Shown: piece after piece, positions 48,063 to 57,922 of the stretch | How the letters are laid out: the number at the start of each line of letters is the position of its first letter | How positions within the stretch are numbered: position 1 is the stretch's first letter | Assembly: GCA_048882385.1 (NCBI GenBank) | Contig: JBHLRQ010000004.1 | Location: 1 to 64,000 of the forward strand | Source of the DNA: Candidatus Thorarchaeota archaeon | GTDB lineage: Archaea; Asgardarchaeota; Thorarchaeia; Thorarchaeales; Thorarchaeaceae | Length of the DNA stretch: 64,000 nt | Direction of reading: 5' to 3' | Notes under the pieces: model-generated | Told to the model about the DNA's origin: nothing | The model's database searches: none | The model's input: the letters and a program-made list of their open reading frames with translations, nothing else | Translations under genes and position numbers: made by a program

Positions 48063-48326
48063 ATGCGACCAGGTATGCTGACAAGATCCCGTGCAAACCG
48101 TACTGTGAAGACTCCAGGTGGGAAGAGAGTCATTCACAGACAGAAGTTCTACACAGTAGAAGGAACATGTGCTATTTCGGGATCAAAGCTACACCTTTCA
48201 AGACGGGCAAAACATGGACGAAGAAGCGGAGCAAGTCGTTCAGCCAAACGACCAAATCGTCCTTATGGTGGTGTTGTGTCCGCACGAGCACTACGTCGTG
48301 GAATAATCAAAGCAGCAAGAGACTAG
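48063..48326 (+). CDS. rpl34e: 50S ribosomal protein eL34
   Basis: VKTPGG, KRPNRPYGG. Confidence 0.93.
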   Translation: MRPGMLTRSRANRTVKTPGGKRVIHRQKFYTVEGTCAISGSKLHLSRRAKHGRRSGASRSAKRPNRPYGGVVSARALRRGIIKAARD

Positions 48327-48330
48327 AAAA

Positions 48331-48867
48331 ATGAAACGCGTCATCACCGTGGGAGGGCTTCACGGTACTGGCAAAAGTTCAGTAGCTGACGCAATTGCCA
48401 AGAAGTTTAATTTAAGGCGTATGTCCGCCGGAGTAATTTTCCGTCAAATGGCAAAGGAGAGAAATCTCACACTGGAGGAGTTCAGTAGAGTTGCTGCAGG
48501 TAATGAGGATATTGACAGACTCATTGATGACAAGCTACGGGAAGAAGCAGAGAAGGGAAACGCTGTCATCGATGGACAATTAGCTGCGTGGATGGCAGGC
48601 GAAAACGCAGACCTGAATATTCTACTAACAGCATCAGTTGAAACCCGTATTCGAAGAATCTCAGAAAGAGATGGAACTGAGTTTGCATATGCTAGACGAG
48701 AGACCATAACTCGTGAAGGCAGCGAGAAAGCAAGATATCTAGAATACTACGGAGTAGATGTATCAGATCACTCAATCTATGACCTCATCATAAACACGGA
48801 CAAATATGAATTGGAAGAGGTCATCTCAATCGTTTTCACAGCCATAGAGGAATTCTTTGGTAAATGA
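48331..48867 (+). CDS. cmk: Cytidylate kinase
   Basis: GLHGTGKS, SAGVIFR, YDLIINT. Confidence 0.95.
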   Translation: MKRVITVGGLHGTGKSSVADAIAKKFNLRRMSAGVIFRQMAKERNLTLEEFSRVAAGNEDIDRLIDDKLREEAEKGNAVIDGQLAAWMAGENADLNILLTASVETRIRRISERDGTEFAYARRETITREGSEKARYLEYYGVDVSDHSIYDLIINTDKYELEEVISIVFTAIEEFFGK

Positions 48868-48991
48868 TTGATTGTTAGTATCAAGCGTAAGGCTCATATT
48901 GCCTACTGAACCCGCCACCAATATTCTCCCAGTCTGAAGGGATGATGCTTCGAGGTGACTCGGATGCAGACCAAGGACAAGGCGAGGTGTA

Positions 48992-49279
48992 TTGAAAATG
49001 GGTCTCTACGAAACAGGAAGAGTATGTGTAAAGACAATGGGACGCGAAGCTGGAAGTCTTTGTGTAGTTGTTGAAAAGAAAAATGAGAGCTATGTAGTGG
49101 TGACAGGACCTAAGCACCTGAGCGGAGTCAGACGCCGACCCTGCAATATCAGACACCTGGAACCACTTGAAACAATCCTCACAATCGCAGCAGATGCTGA
49201 TGATGAAGCAATTGAGAAAACGATTGAAGAAGCTGGTCTGACTGACAAGTTCAGGAAAAAGATTAGGCTTGATTTGTAG
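48992..49279 (+). CDS. rpl14e: 50S ribosomal protein eL14 (start probably 48998)
   Basis: GRVCVKTMGREAG, VTGPK..GVRRR.CN..HLEP. Confidence 0.96.
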   Translation: MKMGLYETGRVCVKTMGREAGSLCVVVEKKNESYVVVTGPKHLSGVRRRPCNIRHLEPLETILTIAADADDEAIEKTIEEAGLTDKFRKKIRLDL

Positions 49280-49281
49280 AT

Positions 49282-50325
49282 TTGATCATCTTCAGGAGTG
49301 TTAGTCTGTTGACGGGCATATTGCCTGCAGATAAACCCCGTGAACTGATTCTCAAATCATCTGATACTACTAATCAAGAGTACGGATTTCAGTCTCTTGA
49401 CAATCTGCCAATTGAATACCTTCTTGAGAACGGTGTTATTGTTCTTGACAAACCAGCTGGACCTACAAGTCATGAAGTCGCTACTTGGGTCAGAAAGATT
49501 CTCCAAGTGGACCGCGTAGGACATGGGGGTACCCTTGATCCCGGGGTGACAGGGATATTACCAACTGGAGTGGGCAATGCTACAAAGGCTATGCAAGCAC
49601 TGTTGCCAGCTGGGAAGGAGTATGTCTGTGTCCTCGAATTACATCACAATGCTCCAGAGGCTGAGATACGCGGGGTGATTGACGAGTTTGTGGGAAAACT
49701 CTATCAAAAACCTCCTTTAAGGTCCTCTGTAAAAAGAGTGCTAAGGGTTCGTGAGATATACTATAATAATATACTCGAAATCAAGGGACGTCTAGTTCTT
49801 TTCCGAGTAGGTTGTCAAGCTGGGACATATATTCGAAAGCTATGTTTTGACATCGGAGAAGCAATTGGAGTAGGAGGACATATGAGAGAGCTCCGACGAA
49901 CTCGTGTTGGAACATTCCGAGAAGACGAGCACATGTGTACACTCTATGATCTCAAAGACGCATTCATGTTTTGGAAAGAGGATGGCGATGATAGTGATCT
50001 CAGAAGATATCTACTTCCATTAGAATTTGGTCTTGGACATCTTCCTGTCATTAACTTACGAGATTCAGCTGTTGATGCTATTTGTCATGGAGCTGATCTA
50101 GCGGCAAGTGGTGTGGTCAGTCTAAACAGTGATATAAGGAAAGGGGACATGCTAGTCCTGAAGACTCTAAAAGGCGAAGCTGTCGCTGTAGCAAAAAGTA
50201 CTGACACTAGTGATCGAATTGCTAAAGCTAAGAGTGGCATCGTGGCAAAGAGTGAGAGAGTCTTGATGGAACGGGGTCGTTATCCCTCTCTCTGGAAGAA
50301 GAAAACTATGGATGTTCCATCCTAA
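49282..50325 (+). CDS. truB: Cbf5/TruB pseudouridine synthase
   Basis: DKPAGPTSHEV, GHGGTLDP, GTYIRKLC, PUA domain. Confidence 0.97.
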   Translation: MIIFRSVSLLTGILPADKPRELILKSSDTTNQEYGFQSLDNLPIEYLLENGVIVLDKPAGPTSHEVATWVRKILQVDRVGHGGTLDPGVTGILPTGVGNATKAMQALLPAGKEYVCVLELHHNAPEAEIRGVIDEFVGKLYQKPPLRSSVKRVLRVREIYYNNILEIKGRLVLFRVGCQAGTYIRKLCFDIGEAIGVGGHMRELRRTRVGTFREDEHMCTLYDLKDAFMFWKEDGDDSDLRRYLLPLEFGLGHLPVINLRDSAVDAICHGADLAASGVVSLNSDIRKGDMLVLKTLKGEAVAVAKSTDTSDRIAKAKSGIVAKSERVLMERGRYPSLWKKKTMDVPS

Positions 50326-50371
50326 CGTGGCTATTAACCATCTTTTTATCTATAATTGCAGAGGTAAGACT

Positions 50372-50723
50372 GGCTCTGGAGCAAAAGCGCGACTGACGGT
50401 ACTCACTCTTCGGAGTGAGCGCTGAGGAAACTCCCAACTGCATGTCGACACCAGTCCTGCTGATGCAGGAAGGCGAGAGCCTTGCTCTGGGAACAGAAAC
50501 GACACCTCCAAACTGGATACGACGATGATGCAGAGATCCAATCTGTTGAGGATCAGTTTGGATAGGTTGAAACGGCCCATCACTGGTTCAGCAATCTCAA
50601 GATTAGGCTTGCGATGAGTCGACCTGAAGCCTAGGGTAGAGAGCATAGTTTGATGTCGCGAAGCTCCTTTCTGGTAACGGATTGGAGCAGAACAGAATTG
50701 GGGTTACTCTTTGGACCAGAGCC
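50372..50723 (+). ncRNA. rnpB: RNase P RNA
   Basis: P1 GGCTCTGG/CCAGAGCC, CR-I GAGGAAACTCC, CR-II ACAGAAAC, CR-III TGAAACGG, CR-V AACAGAATTGGGGTTA. Confidence 0.95.
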
Positions 50724-50740
50724 TCTATCCAATACCTTCT

Positions 50741-51289
50741 TCATTCTCTAGTGTGCTCGTTCATAATTTCAGACTGAACTTGGACAACCTCTGCGCTTGT
50801 TTTGCATTCCGCATAGGCATCTAGCCATTCACGATTTAAGATAATGAATGAAGGTCCCCATTTGAAGACGGAGAGTATATTCTCTGCTTCGTCAAACATT
50901 CCAAGTATATAGAGTGCTGCAGCTAGTGCTTCAGCAGTGGAAAGTTTCACAGGTTTGTATGTATTAATTGGGTTTGCAGCTAATAGGTATGGTAAAGACC
51001 GTTGCGTACCAGCTCTAGAGGCTTCAAAAATTCTTTCTGCTTGTTTCCACGAACAATCGAGAGCGACGAGGCCAGACTTTAAGACATTCTCTTTGTCTGC
51101 TGATGAGAAAGCAACTTCTGAAATCGGGTTGAGAACGACAGATCCTCGTGGAATGTGGCGCATATTTCGGATGATCTTGGCTTTGTTCATTCTACCTAAT
51201 CTATTCCCAGTGCACTTCTTTGGATCACACTGGTCTGCATGATAGATGATAATTTCGCGAACATGGACCAAGGAGAGTTTCACCAACAC
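50741..51289 (-). CDS. tsr3: rRNA aminocarboxypropyltransferase Tsr3
   Basis: QCDPKKCTG, LDCSW, RSLPYLLAANP, KLSTAEALAAAL. Confidence 0.96.
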   Translation of the reverse strand: MLVKLSLVHVREIIIYHADQCDPKKCTGNRLGRMNKAKIIRNMRHIPRGSVVLNPISEVAFSSADKENVLKSGLVALDCSWKQAERIFEASRAGTQRSLPYLLAANPINTYKPVKLSTAEALAAALYILGMFDEAENILSVFKWGPSFIILNREWLDAYAECKTSAEVVQVQSEIMNEHTRE

Positions 51290-51352
51290 TGTTCAGTCAA
51301 AGAGCAAAGGATTTCTGTGTTACCATATGCCATCTGGTTGAGGAAACTCATC

Positions 51353-51625
51353 ATGCTCTATAAGCCGGCTAATGCTTGCGAGATTTGTAGTGAAGAGAAA
51401 GATGATCTACAAACATGTAGAATGTGTGGTGCCAACATCTGCAAAGCATGTCAGGTTGTAGAGGAAATGCTTTGCATCAATTGTCGCGACACGAAATGTC
51501 AAATCTGTGGTGAGTATTTGTCTTCAAGGGCTTGTAATATATGTGGAAAACTAGTTTGCGAAGACCACGGAATCAAGCTGAATGAGTCAACATTATGTAA
51601 TAACTGCCGGACGAGTGACGAATGA
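51353..51625 (+). CDS. Tandem zinc-finger protein, translationally coupled to tiaS
   Basis: Two repeats of CxxC..CxxCG..CxxC/H..CxxC; ATGA overlap with tiaS (ORF track start 51239). Confidence 0.8.
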   Translation: MLYKPANACEICSEEKDDLQTCRMCGANICKACQVVEEMLCINCRDTKCQICGEYLSSRACNICGKLVCEDHGIKLNESTLCNNCRTSDE

Positions 51626-52956
51626 GTAAGAAATTGGTTCAAATCGGGATGGATGATATTGATTCCCCAGATGGGGGATGTACAACACACTTTGCTAGTC
51701 TTATTGTGGAGAACCTAAGTAAATTGAATGTTGAATGGGCCGATTATCCAAATCTTATTCGTCTAAATCCAGGCATTCCATATAGAACCCGGGGTAATGG
51801 CGCAGTCGCCCTTCGCTTTAGAACAGAACAAAAGAACATAGATTCAATCATAGTAATGATCGAAGAACTCGTTCAAGACTATGTGGACAGAGAATACCCC
51901 AATACAAACCCCGGAGTGATTTTTCTCGAAGGTAATGTACCAAAATCTGTTCGGAATCTTTCAATGCTTGCACTTTGGCGTGTTGTTCCCATTGAATTGG
52001 CTAAGAGAGTCATCAAAGAAAGCAGTATTCGGAAATATTCCAGTGGAAATCAAAGGGGTCTCGTTGGAGCTCTCTCAGCAATTGCCAACACGCTTGTTGA
52101 GGATCATACATACGAGTATATAGCATATCGATCGTTGGATGACTGTAATGATGTACGGGGAGTCGATGCTGAATCAGTAAGGACAATGGACAAGAAAATG
52201 GGGAATCAGGTTTTCTCTAATATTGACAAAGTAACCAACAGGATATTGATCGAACCACATGGTCCAGACCCTGTTCTGTTTGGTGTCCGCGGGGAATCTG
52301 CAGATTCAGTTATTGAAGCTGGTAAAATGGTCTTGAGTAAGCAGAAAGTTGACAGATGGATGGTTTTCAGATCCAATCAGGGAACTGGAGAGCATCTGAA
52401 ACAGTCTGTTGAAATAAAGAATCTAAGACCATACATGGCGGCAGTGGTCAAGGGTAGAGTAGACACTAAACCAAGAATGGTTGAGGGAGGTCATTCTATT
52501 TTTCGTATTGCAGATGGTAGTGGAAAGATAGATTGTGCAGCATACGAACCATCTGGCGAGTTTCGAGACATTGTGATGAAATTAGTCGAGGGTGACGCGA
52601 TTAATGTCTATGCAGGTGTTCGTCCAGCATCCAGGACCCACGGACTCACCTTGAATCTGGAAGGATTTCAATTAGTGGAGCCTGCTAAAGTCATTAAATT
52701 ATCAAATCCAGTTTGCCCTCAGTGTGGCAAGAGAATGAAGAGCGCGGGAATTAAGAAGGGGTACAAATGTGCAAAATGTGGTCACAAGGACCTGACGATT
52801 AGTAAGACGGAAACACATCTGGAAAGAGATCTTCACATGGGAATATATTTACCTCCGGCAAGAGCACAGAGGCATCTAACCAGACCACTTGTACGAATTT
52901 GTAGAAACAACAAAGGGGTACCACAAAGCCTCACAGAGAAGTGGCATCACTACTGA
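51622..52956 (+). CDS. tiaS: tRNA(Ile2) agmatinylcytidine synthase
   Basis: GMDDIDS..GGCTTH, LIRLNP..PYRTRGNGA, PHGPDPVLFGVRG, RHLTRP. Confidence 0.96.
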   Translation: MSKKLVQIGMDDIDSPDGGCTTHFASLIVENLSKLNVEWADYPNLIRLNPGIPYRTRGNGAVALRFRTEQKNIDSIIVMIEELVQDYVDREYPNTNPGVIFLEGNVPKSVRNLSMLALWRVVPIELAKRVIKESSIRKYSSGNQRGLVGALSAIANTLVEDHTYEYIAYRSLDDCNDVRGVDAESVRTMDKKMGNQVFSNIDKVTNRILIEPHGPDPVLFGVRGESADSVIEAGKMVLSKQKVDRWMVFRSNQGTGEHLKQSVEIKNLRPYMAAVVKGRVDTKPRMVEGGHSIFRIADGSGKIDCAAYEPSGEFRDIVMKLVEGDAINVYAGVRPASRTHGLTLNLEGFQLVEPAKVIKLSNPVCPQCGKRMKSAGIKKGYKCAKCGHKDLTISKTETHLERDLHMGIYLPPARAQRHLTRPLVRICRNNKGVPQSLTEKWHHY

Positions 52957-52985
52957 AAGAGAGAATGCGCGTGAGTTTGGATTGT

Positions 52986-53384
52986 TTAGACACGTCTTCC
53001 CCGACGACCACCAGGCTTCCGTGTACCATCATGAGGCATTGGAGTTACTTCGTCAATTATACCAATTCTGAGACCAGCACGGCTGAGTGCTCTGATAGCT
53101 GCTTGCGCGCCAGGGCCAGGAGTCTTTGGACCATGGCCACCTGGAGCACGAACTCGAATGTGTATACCATATATGCCCTTGTCCTTTGCTTCACGAGCAG
53201 CCTGAAAAGCTGCCTGCATTGCAGCATGAGGTGATGATTCATTTCGATCAGCCTTGACCATCATTCCACCAGAATATCGGGCAAGTGTTTCAGCCCCAGT
53301 GATATCGGTAATCATGATTATTGTGTCGTTATATGATGCGAATATATGAGCAACTCCCCACTTGTCACGATCGTCTTTACTCAT
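52986..53384 (-). CDS. rps11: 30S ribosomal protein uS11
   Basis: [37 protein letters not shown]. Confidence 0.97.
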   Translation of the reverse strand: MSKDDRDKWGVAHIFASYNDTIIMITDITGAETLARYSGGMMVKADRNESSPHAAMQAAFQAAREAKDKGIYGIHIRVRAPGGHGPKTPGPGAQAAIRALSRAGLRIGIIDEVTPMPHDGTRKPGGRRGRRV

Positions 53385-54027
53385 CCATATCATCTCCCAC
53401 ATTTTCTAAGTCTTCATTAGTTACTGGCTCAGCATCCTCAGGTTTTCCACCACGATCTGCTTCATCCATAGCTTCGAAAGCTGCAGCAGAAGCTCTTGTT
53501 GCCGCGTCAGATGCTGCAATCCTCGCAGGATGGGACATATCATTCAGAGGAGATTTTGAAGTATATTGAAGACGTTCTTCTTCTGCAACAGTAATCAGTC
53601 GTTGGGGTGTATTAACACGTGCACCATCAAGAGCGATATGTCCATGAGTCACGAGCTGTCGAGCATGGTGCATTGAGCTAGCCATTCCTTTTCTAAAAAC
53701 AATAGTTTGTAAACGACGCTCAAGTAAGTTCTCCAATGTGAGGTCAAGAACGTGGTCAAGAATTGGTTCAGTTGTAAGAATGCCAGTACGGGTCAATTTA
53801 GTAACCAATTCACGTTCATTCTGCGCTCGATCTGCTGGAGGAAGTGCTAACATCTGACGAGCGTTTCTACGATAGTTTGAAAGATTGGTTCGATGTTTCC
53901 ATAGCTCTTTCTTGTTTCTTAGACCGTAAGCGCCAACAAGCTGGAGCTCCTGTTCGAATCTGTCACTGTCGAAGGGCTTCTTCGGAGCCACGTACTTCTT
54001 CTTTTGTTTGCGCGGATCACCCATCAT
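53377..54027 (-). CDS. rps4: 30S ribosomal protein uS4
   Basis: [31 protein letters not shown]. Confidence 0.97.
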   Translation of the reverse strand: MMGDPRKQKKKYVAPKKPFDSDRFEQELQLVGAYGLRNKKELWKHRTNLSNYRRNARQMLALPPADRAQNERELVTKLTRTGILTTEPILDHVLDLTLENLLERRLQTIVFRKGMASSMHHARQLVTHGHIALDGARVNTPQRLITVAEEERLQYTSKSPLNDMSHPARIAASDAATRASAAAFEAMDEADRGGKPEDAEPVTNEDLENVGDDMDE

Positions 54028-54039
54028 TTATTCCCTCGA

Positions 54040-54489
54040 CTATAATTTCTTTCTTGATACACCAACAGCCATTCCACCGCGCCCAGTTGTCCTTGTGTGT
54101 TGACCTCTGACTCGTAGGCCGAGTGAGTGTCTAACACCTCTCCAAGACTTGATTCTACGAAGTCTATCAATGTCATTCCTATGGGCAAAATCTAGATCGG
54201 ATCCGGTCAGATGCAGCATCCTTCCACTCATTCTATCTCGTGGGCGATTTACATACCAGTCAGGAAAATCAGATGCCACAGGATCCTTGATGATCTTCTC
54301 TATCTTCTTAATATCCGCATCTTTCAAATATCCAAGTCTATTGGAGGGCTCAAATTCTAATTTGGTGATTATTGCTCGTGACAGTCTTAATCCCACTCCC
54401 TTAATGCGTGTAAGGCCTTGGAGTAGATTTTCCTGACCGTCTATGTCGCTTCCACCGATACGGACAATATGTTTGTAATCTTCGGACAT
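54040..54489 (-). CDS. rps13: 30S ribosomal protein uS13
   Basis: IKGVG, WRGVRH..GLRVRGQHTRTTGR. Confidence 0.97.
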   Translation of the reverse strand: MSEDYKHIVRIGGSDIDGQENLLQGLTRIKGVGLRLSRAIITKLEFEPSNRLGYLKDADIKKIEKIIKDPVASDFPDWYVNRPRDRMSGRMLHLTGSDLDFAHRNDIDRLRRIKSWRGVRHSLGLRVRGQHTRTTGRGGMAVGVSRKKL

Positions 54490-54660
54490 GGTCTATAACC
54501 TCATCTGACTGGTCTGAGGCTTGTTCGCGTCTTGGAGATACCTTATAACAGTTACCATCAAGCCGCGTTATTCTAATGCATCTCGGACTATCGAGGGGAG
54601 TTCTTATGTTGAATACAGTCAAATCATAGACGAGAATGTTAGTTCCTCAGGGCTGATAGT

Positions 54661-55062
54661 ATGAGAGATAAGATTTTTGCTGAACCTGAAGCAACGCCTT
54701 CAATACTAGCAAGCATATCAGACTCACTACATTCTGCGCTAAAGGAATCCTGCCAGAAAACCATAGAAAGGCAGCAGTCCCTATTGATATCAAGTAATAG
54801 TATAGCTAATCGGTTTATTTTTGAGCGATGGGGTATTCGGCCATCGCAACGGAAGCGTTTCAAAAAGCTCTACTCTACTGTGAGAAAACGGTGTAGGGCT
54901 ATCTTTAGAAATTATATTGCCAGGGGAAGAATCGATTGGACATCTGGACCTGATTATTTCATCTTTGGAGTCTTCAAATTTGATGAGATACGAGGAAACA
55001 TCATTCTTGGTTTTGTACGAATGACACCTGAATCAGAATGGTCATTACCAAAAGAAGAATAG
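54661..55062 (+). CDS. Hypothetical protein
   Basis: 133-aa basic ORF with no recognised motif. Confidence 0.65.
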   Translation: MRDKIFAEPEATPSILASISDSLHSALKESCQKTIERQQSLLISSNSIANRFIFERWGIRPSQRKRFKKLYSTVRKRCRAIFRNYIARGRIDWTSGPDYFIFGVFKFDEIRGNIILGFVRMTPESEWSLPKEE

Positions 55063-55195
55063 CTATGTTGAGTAATCGTTCAACAGGGATGTCTGGGACA
55101 TCTAATTCGAAATATTCAGAGAGTTCTTCCACATCTCAAGAATAAATATAAAATCTGGACAATAGGAAACCCGAGCATATAGAAAATCGGTAATA

Positions 55196-55375
55196 CTATT
55201 GATTCTTACCTCTTCGATAAAGACCAAGAAGATTCAGAATTATTGATACTCCAATAAGAAGTCCAACCAGAAAATCAACCAGATTACCCGGACCCACAAA
55301 ACGATCAATCAAAAGTGCTGTTGCAAGACATATTCCACCAATTGGTATTAGTAAGTCATCTCTCAGTATTGCCAA
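55196..55375 (-). CDS. Putative 59-aa two-TM protein MAILRDDLLIPIGG...GLYRRGKNQ
   Basis: TTG start 6 nt after a GGTGA RBS; two hydrophobic helices, basic C-terminus; below the ORF-track cutoff. Confidence 0.7.
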   Translation of the reverse strand: MAILRDDLLIPIGGICLATALLIDRFVGPGNLVDFLVGLLIGVSIILNLLGLYRRGKNQ

Positions 55376-55480
55376 ATCAATTCACCAAATTAAAACGCTT
55401 CTTTATTTGTAAATAGAGTACTGTTCGGAGCAAGTATGAGGGAAAAGATGAAAAGGAGTGTGAGATTCTCTGTTTTTCAA

Positions 55481-55599
55481 GCCGAGGTAGCCAAGCCCGG
55501 TTCACGGCGACAGCCTGGAACCAACAGCCATTCTGGCGATTTGCTCAGAAAGCTGTTCTCCAATAGGAGGCATGAGTTCGAATCTCATCCTCGGCGCCA
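55481..55599 (+). tRNA. tRNA-Ser(GGA) with a 30-nt intron at 37/38 (55521-55550)
   Basis: Acceptor GCCGAGG/CCTCGGC, anticodon stem ACAGC/GCTGT, CT-GGA-A, long variable arm, TTCGAAT T-loop, encoded CCA, BHB-like junction. Confidence 0.93.
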
Positions 55600-55600
55600 T

Positions 55601-56641
55601 CTATTTTTCAGGTTCTATGTATGACATCTCACCAACGTAGCTAATACTCATCATTTCTCTTACTCTATCAGATTCTTTAGTGTGTCCCAGAACCCATGAA
55701 AGCTTCACAAGTGCGGCTTCTGGAGTCATATCGTAGGCACTCATGGCACCAACCTCCATCGCTGCCCTACCAACCTCATATATGGACAGATCAGCCTGCC
55801 CAAAGGCACACTGTGAACTGATTACAACGAAACAGTTCTGGTCTATTGCTTGTAGAATTCCTCCTGTGAGAGCGTTCTCATCAGTGGGGATGTTACCAGA
55901 CCCGTAGCCTTCAACGATTATTCCATGAAAACCCATATCGACGATTCGAGCCAAGGTCTGGGGAGGCATTCCCGGGAAGACCTTGAGGAGGAACACACGG
56001 TCATCGAAACGAGTGTCAAACCGAGGAATAAGGCTATGATCGCGTTTCTTTCTTCCTACATATAGGACTATATCACGCGACAAAATTCCAATAGGTGAGG
56101 GATCCATTGAGTCAAAAGCATCATACGAGTTTACTCTCACTTTCTTTGCTCTTGTTGCTCGATGAATCTCACCATTAAACACAATGCATGTTTCACCGAG
56201 GTCTCCAAACGCAGCAACTCGAATTGCGTCAAGGAGATTTCTAGGACCATCACTCCATGGAATAGATGCAGGAATCTGAGCTCCTGTGAATACAATTGGT
56301 TTACCAAAATCTTGAACCATGAAACTTACAGCTGCCGCGGAATAAGTCATGGTATCGGTCCCATGAGTGACAACAATGCCAGTCAAGTCAGCTATCTCTT
56401 CACTAATCTCCTTGATTGTACTTGCGAGAGTTTGCCAATGATGAGGTTGTGCGTTTGCAGAATCTAACTGGTATAGCTCTCTTTGAATGACCTCAACATT
56501 GCCCATCCCCTTAGGAAGACGATCCAACAACTCTTCCACAGTCAGACCCGGACGAAGAGCTTGAGTACCAGAGTCATAAACACTCGAAATAGTACCTCCT
56601 GTTGTGATTAAACAGATTTTAGCAATTTCTTCGGAGCTCAG
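55601..56641 (-). CDS. ansA: L-asparaginase type I; inferred CTG start
   Basis: TTGGTIS (upstream of the ORF-track start 56539), HGTDTM, TGAQ, GYGSGN, DMTPEAA. Confidence 0.9.
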   Translation of the reverse strand: MSSEEIAKICLITTGGTISSVYDSGTQALRPGLTVEELLDRLPKGMGNVEVIQRELYQLDSANAQPHHWQTLASTIKEISEEIADLTGIVVTHGTDTMTYSAAAVSFMVQDFGKPIVFTGAQIPASIPWSDGPRNLLDAIRVAAFGDLGETCIVFNGEIHRATRAKKVRVNSYDAFDSMDPSPIGILSRDIVLYVGRKKRDHSLIPRFDTRFDDRVFLLKVFPGMPPQTLARIVDMGFHGIIVEGYGSGNIPTDENALTGGILQAIDQNCFVVISSQCAFGQADLSIYEVGRAAMEVGAMSAYDMTPEAALVKLSWVLGHTKESDRVREMMSISYVGEMSYIEPEK

Positions 56642-56713
56642 GATGATACACCCATATCAAGAATCATAGAACAGGATTTATCCGTGTTTTGATGATTGGG
56701 AATATAGTGGTGA

Positions 56714-57916
56714 ATGCAGTTGTACGACCTGACTGTAATAGGAGGTGGTCCAGCAGGAGCGACTTGTGCACGTATTGCCGCAAACGCAGGACTTGATGTT
56801 GTACTCCTCGAAAAAGCAATTCATCCACGATCGAAACCTTGTGGCGGAGCAATTGGACCGTACGCTCTACGAATTTTAGATTTAGATATCTCATCAGTAA
56901 TTGACAGGACATTCCATGCGGCCATTGTGCACACACCAGCTGGCAAAAATGTTGTATTAACAAGCCAAGAACTGACTGGACATTTAGTAAAACGAGATAG
57001 ATTTGATGCGTATCTCTTACAGAAAGCAAAGGATGCAGGTGTGGAGGTCATTGAAGGAAAAGAGGTCGTTGGTATCGAACAACTGCGTAAGGGAATTCGA
57101 GCTTTGGCTGTTGGTGACTCATACAAATCTCATTTTCTTGTAGGAGCAGATGGAGTAAACGGGATATCGGCAAAAGAGCTGGGTGTAAGAACAAAGTGGC
57201 GTCCTGAGGATGTTGCGTTATGCTATCAAGCGGATGTACCCATGAATCAAGATGATGTTACGCGAACAATGACGACTCATAACTCTGAGCCTGTGATAGA
57301 GTTGTACTTTGGATTAGTTCCATGGGGCTATGCTTGGTGTTTTCCAAAACGTGAGAGTTATAGTATTGGTGTTGGATGTCGGATGGACATGAGTGAACAA
57401 CTCAAACTAGCTTGGATAAAACATATTGAGAGAATAGAGCGGGATAAAGGTGTAGAGCTTGATGTGTCAAGAACATCCTTCAGAGTGCCGCTTGGAGGCA
57501 GGGTGGACAGATGCATTGGACGAAGGAGCATGCTAGTTGGAGATGCTGCTGGACTCGTTTCACCTCTGACTGGAGAAGGAGTTTCTTTTGCAATACAATC
57601 AGGTGCAATAGCAGCAAAAGTGGCAATTGATGCTGTTGAAGCAAAATCAGCTCTCAAAGTCGTTGAATATGAAAAACAAGTAAAAACTGGTATATCAAAA
57701 GAACTCGCTGATTTCAGAATGCTTACAGGAATTCTCAATAGATCCCCTAGACATGTTGAATTACTATGTCAAATTGCTGATGAAGACCCTATCATGAAAG
57801 AATATCTAACAAATATCTTGGCACGCATCAGACCGTTCTCTGAACTTAAATTGGCTCTTGGAAAAAGACTAGTCACCAAGCATCCTCTAAAGGCGGTAAG
57901 ACTCGGACTGAAGTGA
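56714..57916 (+). CDS. Geranylgeranyl reductase family FAD oxidoreductase
   Basis: GGGPAGA, KPCGG, GADG, GYAWCFPK, GDAAG...TGEG. Confidence 0.93.
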   Translation: MQLYDLTVIGGGPAGATCARIAANAGLDVVLLEKAIHPRSKPCGGAIGPYALRILDLDISSVIDRTFHAAIVHTPAGKNVVLTSQELTGHLVKRDRFDAYLLQKAKDAGVEVIEGKEVVGIEQLRKGIRALAVGDSYKSHFLVGADGVNGISAKELGVRTKWRPEDVALCYQADVPMNQDDVTRTMTTHNSEPVIELYFGLVPWGYAWCFPKRESYSIGVGCRMDMSEQLKLAWIKHIERIERDKGVELDVSRTSFRVPLGGRVDRCIGRRSMLVGDAAGLVSPLTGEGVSFAIQSGAIAAKVAIDAVEAKSALKVVEYEKQVKTGISKELADFRMLTGILNRSPRHVELLCQIADEDPIMKEYLTNILARIRPFSELKLALGKRLVTKHPLKAVRLGLK

Positions 57917-57922
57917 CTACTA

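Noticed and set aside
50350-50646. 98-aa minus-strand ORF
   Set aside because: Antisense to RNase P RNA
55436-55624. 62-aa plus-strand ORF
   Set aside because: Overlaps the intron-containing tRNA-Ser
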